DNA from: Deltaproteobacteria bacterium
GTDB lineage: Bacteria; Myxococcota_A; Polyangia; JAAYKL01
Reading direction: 5' to 3'
Assembly (NCBI GenBank): GCA_029565915.1
Contig: JAKQNG010000204.1
Span: 8,755-72,754 of the forward strand
DNA length: 64,000 bases
Shown here: in pieces, positions 48,884-57,947 of the stretch
Layout: every line of letters begins with the position of its first letter
How positions within the stretch are numbered: the stretch's first letter is position 1
Notes under the pieces: generated by a model
Database searches by the model: none
Told to the model about the DNA's origin: nothing
The model's input: only the letters and a program-made list of their open reading frames with translations
Translations under genes and position numbers: made by a program

Positions 48884-49402
48884 TCATGGGGAGACCGACA
48901 GGGGAAGGGCCCGGGCCATGGGCACGAAGTCCCCGTTGTGACCGAGAAATCCCACGGCGGCCGTGTGGACGGCCCAGTCGGGGGTACCCGCCAGATGCAT
49001 GGTGCCGGCGGGAATCTGGGCTTCGATGTCGCGGACGGTGGTGCGCACCCCCCGGGGTCCCGGGGCGGCGGTGAAGAGCCGGATGACGCTGCGACCCGAA
49101 TACCGGACGCGCCGCCTTGCCAGGTCGAGCCCGTCGGGGGTCAGCTCCCAGTCGATGCGCAGGACCCCGTCCACCGGGGCAACCGATATCTGATCGATAC
49201 CGGTCGGCGCGGCGGCAGTCTGCACGGGATCGCCGATTCCCCGGCGCCGATCCAGCCGGGCGCGCAGGGCGACGACCCGCGGATCCCGGGGCGAGCGCTG
49301 TTCGAGGGTCTCGATGACCGACTGGGCTTCGTCGAGCTGGTCCTGCAGCAGCAGGATTTCGGCCATGGATGCAGTGACAAAGGCGCCTGCCGTGTCGTTC
49401 AT
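48884..49402 (-). CDS. Hypothetical protein (172 aa).
   Basis: Intact ORF embedded by 4-nt overlaps between ribF and trmL. Confidence 0.35.
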   Translation of the reverse strand: MNDTAGAFVTASMAEILLLQDQLDEAQSVIETLEQRSPRDPRVVALRARLDRRRGIGDPVQTAAAPTGIDQISVAPVDGVLRIDWELTPDGLDLARRRVRYSGRSVIRLFTAAPGPRGVRTTVRDIEAQIPAGTMHLAGTPDWAVHTAAVGFLGHNGDFVPMARALPLSVSP

Positions 49403-50376
49403 CGTTCCTCCAGTGTGCGTCTCACCGCCGCCACATCCTGTTCGATCTGCGCGCGCAGGGCGTCCGCCGTTTCGAATTTCACATCGCCTCTCAGGCGTTC
49501 TGCAAATGCCACCCTGACCACGGCGCCGTAGAGGTCGCCCCGGAAGTCGAGCAGATGGGCCTCCAGGGATCGGCCGTGTCCCAGGGTGGGTCGTTCGCCC
49601 ACGTAGACCGCCGCGGGCAGGCGCCGGTTATCGGGTAGTTCGCAGAAGGCCGCATAGATGCCGTCGCCGGGCAGCAGCACGTCGCAGGTGTGCAGGTTTA
49701 CGGTGGGATAGCCGAGGGCGGTGCCCATCTGCCTGCCTTCCACGACACGGCCTTCCACCTCGTGGAGGCGGCCGAGGAGTTCCGCCGCTGTCCCCACGTT
49801 TCCGTCCAGCAGCAGTCGTCGAATCCGCGACGAGGAAACGGGTTCGCCGCTCCGCTCCACCAGCGGCGCACCGGTGACGGCAAAGCCGAAGGTCCGTCCC
49901 AGATCGGTGAGCAGGGCCACGTCGCCCCGGCGGTCCTTTCCGAACCGGAAATCCGCTCCCACCACCACGATGCGGGCGCGCAGGGCGTCTTTCAGAATCC
50001 TCGAGGCGAAATCACCGGCCGTGAGGGCGGCAAAGGACTCGTCAAAATGCTGGGCGAGCACCACATCGATGCCGAGCCCCGAGAGCAGGCGGTATTTGCG
50101 GGCCGGACTGACCAGCCGCAGGCGCGTTTCCCCGGGCATGAAGATTTCGAAGGGGTGGGGTTCAAAGGTGCAGATGGCGCTCTCCAGAGATTCGCGACGG
50201 GCGATGTCGCGGGCCATTTCGATGACCGCGAGGTGACCCAGGTGGACGCCATCGAAATTGCCGATGGAGACCACGCGGCAGGACGCATCCTGCTGTTCGA
50301 TTAAAAGACGATAGTCATTGAATAGCTGCACCGGGGAAAAATAGGGTGCCTGTCCGGACAGGTCAAGGCAAACCAC
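49399..50376 (-). CDS. ribF: Bifunctional riboflavin kinase / FMN adenylyltransferase.
   Basis: GNFDGVHLGH at the N-terminus. Riboflavin kinase C-terminal domain. The start is uncertain (non-ATG; TTG/GTG near 50376-50385). Confidence 0.8.
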   Translation of the reverse strand: MVCLDLSGQAPYFSPVQLFNDYRLLIEQQDASCRVVSIGNFDGVHLGHLAVIEMARDIARRESLESAICTFEPHPFEIFMPGETRLRLVSPARKYRLLSGLGIDVVLAQHFDESFAALTAGDFASRILKDALRARIVVVGADFRFGKDRRGDVALLTDLGRTFGFAVTGAPLVERSGEPVSSSRIRRLLLDGNVGTAAELLGRLHEVEGRVVEGRQMGTALGYPTVNLHTCDVLLPGDGIYAAFCELPDNRRLPAAVYVGERPTLGHGRSLEAHLLDFRGDLYGAVVRVAFAERLRGDVKFETADALRAQIEQDVAAVRRTLEER

Positions 50377-50381
50377 CTTGT

Positions 50382-51848
50382 TCAATCGGCGAGGAAGGGG
50401 AAGGCGTCCAGCAGATCCGCCCGATCGCTCAGCTGGGCCTTTGATTCGATGACGTCCTGCAGCAGTCCGGCCATGGCGGTGTCGCCGAGCAGCACCGCGC
50501 CCCGCAGGGTATTGTCCCTGGTCACCAGCCGCAGGAAGCGGCCGTTTTCCATCCGGTCGAAAATCCGGAAACTGCCGTCCGAAGGGGCGATGGTGCCGAT
50601 GCTGAAGAGATCCACGCTCAGTACCTTGAGCCGGTTGGACGGTGGCATACCCGACCATTCCTGCCCGCCGCCCAGGACGTTCTGCGCGGCGACGACTCCC
50701 TGGATGAAGGCCGCCGGCCAGATGCCGTAGAGGACCCCGCGATGCTCCACCGCGTCGCCGGCCGCAAAAATATCCGGATCACCGGTACGCATGTTGTCGT
50801 CCACCGCGATGCCGCCGGCCACGTGGAGGCCGCACTGGCGGGCCAGATAACTGTTGGGCCGCACTCCCGTGGAGATCAGCACGAGATCCGCCGGTATCTG
50901 GCGGCCGTCTTCGAGGAGCACGGCGCGCACGTGTTCGTCGCCGCAGATTTCCTTTGTCCGCGCACCGGTAAGGACGGTGATGCCGGTCTGTTGCAGGTGA
51001 TCGGCCAGCAGGCGGGCGGCTTCCTCCGGCAGCTGGCGGGGCAGGATCCAGTCGAACCCTTCGATGACCGTGACCGCGCATCCCCGTCGGGACAGCGCCC
51101 CGGCGGCCTCCAGACCCAGCAGTCCTCCGCCGATGCAGACGCAGGCGGCGCCCTTTGTTGCACGGTCAATGATCGCGCGGGTATCCGCCAGGGTGCGCAG
51201 AGTGGTCACGCCCTGCCGGTGGGAGCCCGTCAGGGGCGGAACAAACGGATGGGCACCGGTGGCGAGGATCAGGCGATCCCAGCGCAGGGTGCGGCCGTCC
51301 CGCAGGGACACGGTCTTCTGTTCCCGGTCGATGCGGACCACGTCTCCATCCAGCAGCTTGATTCCCTGTGCGGCAAACCAGTCGGCGTCCTTCATCGTCA
51401 ATGCCGCTTCGCTCACCTCGCCGGCAAGATATCGCGTGAGGTTCAACCGGAAATAGGGAAGCCCCTGTTCCCGGCTGATGAGGGTGACCTCCGCGCCGCC
51501 GGCCGCCAGGGTTTCCGCGGCCGTGAGCCCGGCGATGCCCGCGCCGATGACAACCACGCTGAGCGCGGTGGCGCCTTCTCTGGGCACGTCGCCGGATGGG
51601 AGGGCCGTAAAGTGGACCGCCGGTACCGAACAGACTGGACACTGGTCGGGGGGCGCACTGCCGTTGTGGACATAACCGCAGACATTGCAGCGCCAGACAG
51701 CGCCCGTCGCCGGGGCGGGCGGGTCCGGCAGGTCGACGGCGACAAAGTGGGACGCATCCACGCCGCAGATGGGACAGATGTCGGGCGGTCCATCGCCCCG
51801 GTGCATGTAGCCGCAGATATCGCATTTCCAGAGGCGGGCCGATTCCAT
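50382..51848 (-). CDS. Fusion of two rubredoxin domains with a NAD(P)H-dependent FAD oxidoreductase (rubredoxin reductase-like).
   Basis: WKCDICGY...CPICG and WRCNVCGY...CPVCS rubredoxin knuckles. VVVIGAGIAGLTAAE FAD-binding motif. RBS AGGAGA is 6 nt before the ATG at 51848. Confidence 0.8.
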   Translation of the reverse strand: MESARLWKCDICGYMHRGDGPPDICPICGVDASHFVAVDLPDPPAPATGAVWRCNVCGYVHNGSAPPDQCPVCSVPAVHFTALPSGDVPREGATALSVVVIGAGIAGLTAAETLAAGGAEVTLISREQGLPYFRLNLTRYLAGEVSEAALTMKDADWFAAQGIKLLDGDVVRIDREQKTVSLRDGRTLRWDRLILATGAHPFVPPLTGSHRQGVTTLRTLADTRAIIDRATKGAACVCIGGGLLGLEAAGALSRRGCAVTVIEGFDWILPRQLPEEAARLLADHLQQTGITVLTGARTKEICGDEHVRAVLLEDGRQIPADLVLISTGVRPNSYLARQCGLHVAGGIAVDDNMRTGDPDIFAAGDAVEHRGVLYGIWPAAFIQGVVAAQNVLGGGQEWSGMPPSNRLKVLSVDLFSIGTIAPSDGSFRIFDRMENGRFLRLVTRDNTLRGAVLLGDTAMAGLLQDVIESKAQLSDRADLLDAFPFLAD

Positions 51849-51976
51849 GGTCATTCTCCTGTGGTGACGGGTTGACGGTTCCGGGTATCCTGCCAGAACA
51901 GGGCCCCATGTAAAGAGGCGGAACGCCCGGAGGAATTGGGCTGGATTCCGCGCCCGCTTCAATGATATGACACGCG

Positions 51977-52010
51977 TCAAACGACACACGAATCGTTTTT
52001 CAAACGACAC
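51977..52010 (+). promoter_or_regulatory. Two exact TCAAACGACAC direct repeats (23 nt start-to-start) 10-43 nt upstream of the P-type ATPase start; candidate operator.
   Basis: Repeat copies at 51977-51987 and 52000-52010, with a third partial copy GACACGCG just upstream. In the divergent intergenic region between the reductase and ATPase genes. Confidence 0.4.
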
Positions 52011-52019
52011 GAGGTACCC

Positions 52020-54764
52020 ATGAAACCCTGGATGGAATCTGCCCAATCGGTCGCGCAGCAACTGGCCACAAACCCCGCCGTCGGACTCTCCTCCGCGGAG
52101 GCGGAAGCGCGGCTGATAAAATACGGTCCCAACGAGCTGAAGGAAACCGGCGGTCGCAGCATCGCCGCCATGCTCTTCGAACAGTTTTCCGCCACCATGG
52201 TGGTTATCCTGATCATCGCGGCCGTCGTGTCGCTGTGCATCGGTAAATACCTCGAATCCGTTTCGATTTTCATCATCGTCATCATGTTCGGCCTGCTGGG
52301 GTTCTTTCAGGATTACCGGGCCGAAAAGGCCATGGCCGCCCTGAAGAAGATGTCCCGTCCCCGGGTGCGGGTGCGGCGGGACGGCCAGATCTGCGAGCTG
52401 GAATCCACGGCCCTGGTGCCCGGCGACGTGGTGCTCATCGAAAACGGCAACATCGTGCCCGCGGACGGACGGCTGGTGGAGTGCGTGTCCTGCCAGGTGC
52501 AGGAGGCGGCCCTGACCGGGGAATCCGAGAGCGTCGAAAAGCATCTGGAAGTCGTCCCCGACGAGGCGGCAGGCCCGGGTGATCGCCGCAACATGGTGTT
52601 CATGGGCACCACGGTGACCAACGGCCGCGGCGCCTTCATCGTCACGGGTTCGGGCATGGACACGGAGCTGGGCCGCATCGCCGCCATGCTCTCCGCGGTG
52701 AAGGAAACGCAGACGCCCCTGCAGAAGAAGCTGGACGGGGCCGGCAAGCTGCTGGCCGCCGTGGGCGGGGCGGTGGCCGTGCTCATCGCCGGGGCGGGTC
52801 TGCTGCGGGGCGAGAGCCCGGCGGACATGTTCCTGCTGGCCATCAGCGTGGCCGTGGCGGTCATCCCCGAAGGATTGCCCGCGGTGGTGACCATCACTCT
52901 CGCCATCGGCGCCCGCCGCATGCTGGCGCGCCATGCCCTCATCCGGCGGCTGCCCGCGGTGGAAACCCTGGGCTCTGTCACCCACATCTGCTCGGACAAG
53001 ACCGGCACCCTTACGCAGAACCGGATGACCGTGCAGTCCGTTCTCGTGCCGGAAAATCCCGGCGATGTGCCCGCGGCGGTTGCGGACGCCCGGAATCCGG
53101 AGATGCTGCTCCTGTGCGGCGCCCTGTGCAACGACGCCCGTCTGTCAAAACTGCCGGATGGCAGCGGACTCTCCGCCATCGGCGACCCGACCGAAGGCGC
53201 CCTTGTAATGGCGGCCGGCGAAAAGGGCCTGCAGCAGGACGATATCGAAGCCCTGTTTCCCCGGGTGGCGGAATTCGCCTTTGACAGCGACCGCAAGCGG
53301 ATGACCACCGTGCATGAGATCACCGCCGCGGCCCGGCAGAAATTTGCCGCCTTTGCCGCTGCACCCATGGCCGGCTGCGATCACGTGGCCTTCATCAAGG
53401 GATCGCCGGACGGACTGCTGGATACGGCCTCGTCTGTCATGACGCGCGCCGGTGCCGCTTCCCTGGACGACCGCTGGACGAAAACCCTGGAGGACGCCAA
53501 CGAATCCCTGGCTCAGTCGGGCATGCGAGTGCTGGGCGCCGGCTTCCGGCCGTTGCCGAAGGACTGGAAAACCAGCCTTGCCACAGCGGATCAGATGGAG
53601 CGGAACATCGTCATCGCCGGCCTGTTCGGCCTGATCGATCCGCCCCGATCGGAAGTGCGGGACGCCATTGCCCTGTGCCGCACGGCGGGCATCCGTCCGT
53701 TCATGATCACGGGGGACCATCCGCTCACGGCCCGGGCCATCGCAAAGGAACTGAAGCTCGATTCGGGGGAGCGGGCCATCAGCGGCAAGGAGCTGCAGAC
53801 CATGGACGAGCCCGGCCTGACGGCCAGCCTGCACGACGTGTCCGTGTTTGCCCGGGTGTCGCCGGAGCACAAAATCCGCATCGTCACGGCCCTGCAGCAG
53901 GAGGGCGGCGTGGTGGCCATGACCGGCGACGGGGTGAACGACGCACCGGCCCTGAAGAAGGCCGATATCGGCGTGGCCATGGGCATCACGGGCACGGATG
54001 TGTCCAAGGAAGCCTCGGACATGGTGCTGCAGGACGACAACTTTGCCACCATCGTGGCGGCGGTGGAAGAGGGCCGCGTCATCTACGACAACATCCGCAA
54101 GTTCATCAAGTTTTCCATTGCGGGCAACCTGGGCAAAATTCTGGCGGTCAGTGTACTGCCCTTCGCGTGCCTGTTTCTGCTGCAACAGATGAATGGTGAC
54201 ACCGGGCTCACGGCCCCGGCGGTGGCCCTGCTGCCCCTGCAGCTCCTGTGGTTGAACCTGCTGACGGACGGATTGCTGGGCGTGGGACTGGGCGTGGAAC
54301 CCGCGGAGAGCGGCGTGATGAAGCGTCCCCCGGTGTCTCCGACCGCGGGGGTGTTCAGCGGCGGCATGATCGGTCAGATCCTGCGCATGGGCGGCCTCAT
54401 CGGCCTCATCTCCCTGGCGACGGGCATCTGGAGCTGGCACAGCGGATCCGAGACGTGGCAGACCGTGCTGTTCACCACCCTCGCCTTTGCTCAGGTATTC
54501 CAGGCCATCGGCACAAGGTCCACCACCGACTCCCTTCTGCGCATCGGTCTGTTCTCCAATCCATCCATCATGGGCCTTGTGGTGCTCGTTTCCGGCCTGC
54601 AGATGGGCTCCGTGTACCTTCCCCCCATGCAGAAGTTCCTCGGCACCACCGCCCTGTCCGGCAGCGATCTCCTGCTCAGCATTGCCGCCAGCTCCCTCGT
54701 GCTCGTTTACTCGGAAGTGGACAAACTCCTGTTCCCGGCCCCCCACGCCCGCAAAGCGAAATAA
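52020..54764 (+). CDS. Cation-transporting P-type ATPase (type II/III-like).
   Basis: ICSDKTGTLTQN phosphorylation motif. TGDGVNDAPALKKADIG hinge motif. Ten TM segments predicted. Confidence 0.9.
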   Translation: MKPWMESAQSVAQQLATNPAVGLSSAEAEARLIKYGPNELKETGGRSIAAMLFEQFSATMVVILIIAAVVSLCIGKYLESVSIFIIVIMFGLLGFFQDYRAEKAMAALKKMSRPRVRVRRDGQICELESTALVPGDVVLIENGNIVPADGRLVECVSCQVQEAALTGESESVEKHLEVVPDEAAGPGDRRNMVFMGTTVTNGRGAFIVTGSGMDTELGRIAAMLSAVKETQTPLQKKLDGAGKLLAAVGGAVAVLIAGAGLLRGESPADMFLLAISVAVAVIPEGLPAVVTITLAIGARRMLARHALIRRLPAVETLGSVTHICSDKTGTLTQNRMTVQSVLVPENPGDVPAAVADARNPEMLLLCGALCNDARLSKLPDGSGLSAIGDPTEGALVMAAGEKGLQQDDIEALFPRVAEFAFDSDRKRMTTVHEITAAARQKFAAFAAAPMAGCDHVAFIKGSPDGLLDTASSVMTRAGAASLDDRWTKTLEDANESLAQSGMRVLGAGFRPLPKDWKTSLATADQMERNIVIAGLFGLIDPPRSEVRDAIALCRTAGIRPFMITGDHPLTARAIAKELKLDSGERAISGKELQTMDEPGLTASLHDVSVFARVSPEHKIRIVTALQQEGGVVAMTGDGVNDAPALKKADIGVAMGITGTDVSKEASDMVLQDDNFATIVAAVEEGRVIYDNIRKFIKFSIAGNLGKILAVSVLPFACLFLLQQMNGDTGLTAPAVALLPLQLLWLNLLTDGLLGVGLGVEPAESGVMKRPPVSPTAGVFSGGMIGQILRMGGLIGLISLATGIWSWHSGSETWQTVLFTTLAFAQVFQAIGTRSTTDSLLRIGLFSNPSIMGLVVLVSGLQMGSVYLPPMQKFLGTTALSGSDLLLSIAASSLVLVYSEVDKLLFPAPHARKAK

Positions 54765-54782
54765 TCCGCCGCGGAGGCGGGG

Positions 54783-54900
54783 AGCCTGCAGCAGATCTCG
54801 GATACAGAGTACACCTTCAAGCTGAAGACGCCCTGGCGGGACGGGACTACGTATCTGATCCTCTCGCCCATGGAGCTGATCGAGAAGCTCGCGGCCCTGG
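54783..54900 (+). mobile_element. Relic of an IS91-family transposase C-terminus (about 40 aa).
   Basis: Translation ...EYTFKLKTPWRDGTTYLILSPMELIEKLAALVPPP matches the conserved IS91 TnpA C-terminal block (TPWRDGTTH..MSPLEF..RLAALVP). It reads in-frame directly after the ATPase stop and then decays. No catalytic N-terminal part is present. Confidence 0.45.
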
Positions 54901-55178
54901 TGCCACCACCCGGCCGCCGCCGCAACTGGAATTCGACTACGTAGACATCGACGACGACACCGGCGCGTGAGCTGGACGCTGACAAATTCCTGCCGTCTTC
55001 CATCAGACAGGCGTACGATAGAGTTCAAGCTGACAGAAACAAGGCGGAGGGATGGAAGAAACGATGACTTTCAGACAGCAGGAAAAGGGGCTTAATCCGT
55101 CCGATGTCCAATAGCGAAAATGAATTGGGTGGGCATCCAACAATTTTTCCGACAACAAAAAACAACAAGGGGGCCATC

Positions 55179-56033
55179 ATGTCCATTATTCGTGAAGTTA
55201 TCAGCAAGAAGGTGCGCAGGTCGATGATTGTTCTTTTACTTGTTCTAATTTCAGGGAGTTGCTCCAACAACAATGAAGATGTTGATCAGACTGATGACAC
55301 TGAGAGCAGCAGCGATTCGGACTCGAATGATACCGATACAGATTCTGGTTCCACGGACGCAAACAGCGTGTACGCAAACACAACAATGACCTACGGAGAG
55401 ATTACACCAGAGGACTTTCCGATTCTGTCCGAAGATTGGCGAATCACCGGCATTGAAGCTCTTCGGTGTCTTCTTTGGAACTATGACAGCGAGACCCGTG
55501 TACTGGTTGTGGACTGGATTAATGAGAGTGCGCCATCCACCCATCTTGAATGGCAAATCATGACGGACGATTCAGCGTCGATTACTTCGTTCGTCATTTT
55601 TAAAGACGACGCGGAGTGTTCTGAGAACTCTGGTCTGCTCTACAACTGGCGGATTGAGTCGACACTTGAGGACAGCGCTGAGGGTGGCATGTTTGATGTT
55701 TCCATCCGGAATTGTCTTGCGAATGATTATGAAATTGCAAGGACCGTTCCTGTTTCCCCGGTCGATGTTCCACGAGGTGCGATTTGTCAGCATTTTGATG
55801 ATTTTGAGGTCTTCCCGATGAACACAACTGGGTGTGGTACGCAGGAAGGATTTTGCCGTTCAACAAATAATGTGACCTTCGCAGCAGATTGCACTGTGTC
55901 AGATCAGGTTTGTGAAGTTGGGTTGGAGTGTTTTTCCGACAGGTGTTTATCGCCTTGTGAAACTGTAGACGATTGTGCCGATGAGGTTATCTACGATTGT
56001 CAGAATAGTGTCTGTGTGCTTCGTCAGAACTGA
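55179..56033 (+). CDS. Low-GC, horizontally acquired lipoprotein with an acidic S/T/D linker and a Cys-rich C-terminal module.
   Basis: RBS AAGGGGG. Lipobox LISGSC. Linker SDSDSNDTDTDSGSTD. About 45% GC versus about 67% in the flanks. C-terminus with 12 Cys (CGTQEGFC...CEVGLECFSDRCLSPCETVDDCADEVIYDCQNSVC). Confidence 0.6.
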   Translation: MSIIREVISKKVRRSMIVLLLVLISGSCSNNNEDVDQTDDTESSSDSDSNDTDTDSGSTDANSVYANTTMTYGEITPEDFPILSEDWRITGIEALRCLLWNYDSETRVLVVDWINESAPSTHLEWQIMTDDSASITSFVIFKDDAECSENSGLLYNWRIESTLEDSAEGGMFDVSIRNCLANDYEIARTVPVSPVDVPRGAICQHFDDFEVFPMNTTGCGTQEGFCRSTNNVTFAADCTVSDQVCEVGLECFSDRCLSPCETVDDCADEVIYDCQNSVCVLRQN

Positions 56034-56223
56034 TCTGCCCTGCTGTCCGGGCTGACCCCGGTCGCGCACCCCACCCGGGAAAGCCGAAATCATTCGTGAA
56101 TCTGGCCCAGTCGTCACAGCGAAAGCAGTTGAGGCGCGATACACCCGCCGGGTTGTTGCGCCGGTGTGTTCAATCAAGTAAGAGATTTGCAGATTCGCGG
56201 TTGATCCGTCGAAGGAGGCACCC

Positions 56224-57216
56224 TTGATCAAGGTTGAGCATCTGACCAAGAAATATGCGGCTGTGGCGGCCGTGGACGGCATTTCGTTTGAAATTGCCGA
56301 ACGGGAAATCGTGGGATTCCTGGGGCCCAACGGCGCCGGAAAGAGCACCACGCTGAAGGTGCTCACGGGCTATCACGCGGCGAGCGGCGGCCGCGTCACC
56401 ATCGGTGGGAAGGATGTCTTTGCGGAACCCGAATCCGTGAAAAAAATGATCGGCTACCTGCCCGAAAACGTGCCCCTCTATCCCGAGATGCGGGTGCGCG
56501 AATACCTGCACTACCGCGCCGGCCTGAAGGGTGTGGGGAGAAAACGGAGAGAGGCCGCCGTGGACGGCGCCATGGGGCGCTGCCGCATTGACGGCGTGGC
56601 CGATCGGATCATCGGTCAGCTTTCCAAGGGCTACCGGCAGCGGGTGGGCCTGGCGGACGCCCTGGTGGCGGATCCCCCCATCCTCATCCTGGACGAGCCC
56701 ACCATCGGCCTCGACCCGGGTCAGATCCGGGAGGTGCGGGAGCTGATCCGGGAGCTTGGAAAGGAACGGACGGTGCTCCTCTCCAGCCACATCCTGCCCG
56801 AGGTGGAGGCGGTCTGCTCAAGGGTGCTGATCATCAACCGGGGACGCATCGCGGGCAGCGGGCGTCCCGACGAGCTGCGCGCCGCCGCGGGACAGAACGA
56901 AACGATTATCGACCTCGAAATACGGGACGGTGGAGAAGACGGCCATCGGGTATTTGAAGCCGTCGACGGCATCACCGCAGTCGACATTGAACAGGGAGAC
57001 GGCCCGGTCCGGCGGATCCGACTGCGAGGGGAGGGCGGTCGCGACGTGCGTGAGGCGGTGTTCGATGCGGCCGTCGCGGGCGGCCTGAAAATCCTGTCCA
57101 TGGGACAGAGAAGCCATTCCCTCGAAGACGTCTTTGTTGACATTGTCACCCGCGAGGAAACGCCGGACGAACCCGCGCCACCTCCGGCCGAGGCTGCGGC
57201 GCAGGAGGCCCCATGA
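56224..57216 (+). CDS. ABC transporter ATP-binding protein (GldA-like).
   Basis: Walker A GPNGAGKST. Signature LSKGYRQR. Walker B ILILDEPT. TTG start with RBS GAAGGAGG. Confidence 0.85.
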   Translation: MIKVEHLTKKYAAVAAVDGISFEIAEREIVGFLGPNGAGKSTTLKVLTGYHAASGGRVTIGGKDVFAEPESVKKMIGYLPENVPLYPEMRVREYLHYRAGLKGVGRKRREAAVDGAMGRCRIDGVADRIIGQLSKGYRQRVGLADALVADPPILILDEPTIGLDPGQIREVRELIRELGKERTVLLSSHILPEVEAVCSRVLIINRGRIAGSGRPDELRAAAGQNETIIDLEIRDGGEDGHRVFEAVDGITAVDIEQGDGPVRRIRLRGEGGRDVREAVFDAAVAGGLKILSMGQRSHSLEDVFVDIVTREETPDEPAPPPAEAAAQEAP

Positions 57217-57947
57217 ACTATTTCTGGCAGCTCCGGCGGGAGTTCACCGCGTTCTTTTATTCGCCCGTGGCCTATGTGGTCATCGGCATTTCCGCCATCC
57301 TGAATGCCGCCACGTTTTTTCTCATCCTGCGGTTCCTGTCCGGCGCCGGTCCCACTGCGGGCGCACCCATGGAGATGCTGTTTTCCACGGCCCTCTTCTG
57401 GCTGATCGTCATGACCCTGACCCCCCTCATCACCATGCGCACCTTCGCCGAGGAAAAACACGCGGGCACCCTGGAAACCCTGGTGACGGCACCCATCAGC
57501 GACACCCGCATCGTGCTGGCCAAGTACACGGCCGCCCTGGCGTTCTACGCCATCATGTGGGCGCCCACACTGCTCTATCCGGTGCTGCTCACCCGCTGGA
57601 CACCCGTCGACCCGGGCCCTGTCCTGTCGGGATACACGGGCACCCTGGCCATGGGCGCCATGCTCGTTTCCATCGGCGTGCTGTGTTCGGCCCTCACCCG
57701 CAACCAGATTGTGGCGGCCATCATCACGTTTGCGGCCATGATGGGCATGTTCCTGGCGGGGCTGTTCAGCTACGTGGACGGGGTGTCGCAGGCGGCGGTG
57801 TTCCAGTACGTGAACCTGTCGTCTCACATGGAGAGCTTTGCGCGGGGCATCGTGGACACCCGGCCCCTCGTCTACTACGCGTCCGTTGCGGCCATGGCGC
57901 TCTTCCTCACCGTGCAGGTCATTGGAGCGAGGAGGTGGCGCCGATGA
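57213..57947 (+). CDS. ABC-2 family permease (GldF-like).
   Basis: Six-TM ABC-2 permease. 4-nt overlap with the ATPase gene. Confidence 0.7.
   Translation: MNYFWQLRREFTAFFYSPVAYVVIGISAILNAATFFLILRFLSGAGPTAGAPMEMLFSTALFWLIVMTLTPLITMRTFAEEKHAGTLETLVTAPISDTRIVLAKYTAALAFYAIMWAPTLLYPVLLTRWTPVDPGPVLSGYTGTLAMGAMLVSIGVLCSALTRNQIVAAIITFAAMMGMFLAGLFSYVDGVSQAAVFQYVNLSSHMESFARGIVDTRPLVYYASVAAMALFLTVQVIGARRWRR

Noticed and set aside
51849-52985. N-terminal 380-aa extension of ORF 50382..52985 (minus strand).
   Set aside because: Antisense to the P-type ATPase. The real start is the ATG at 51848, preceded by AGGAGA and the divergent intergenic region.
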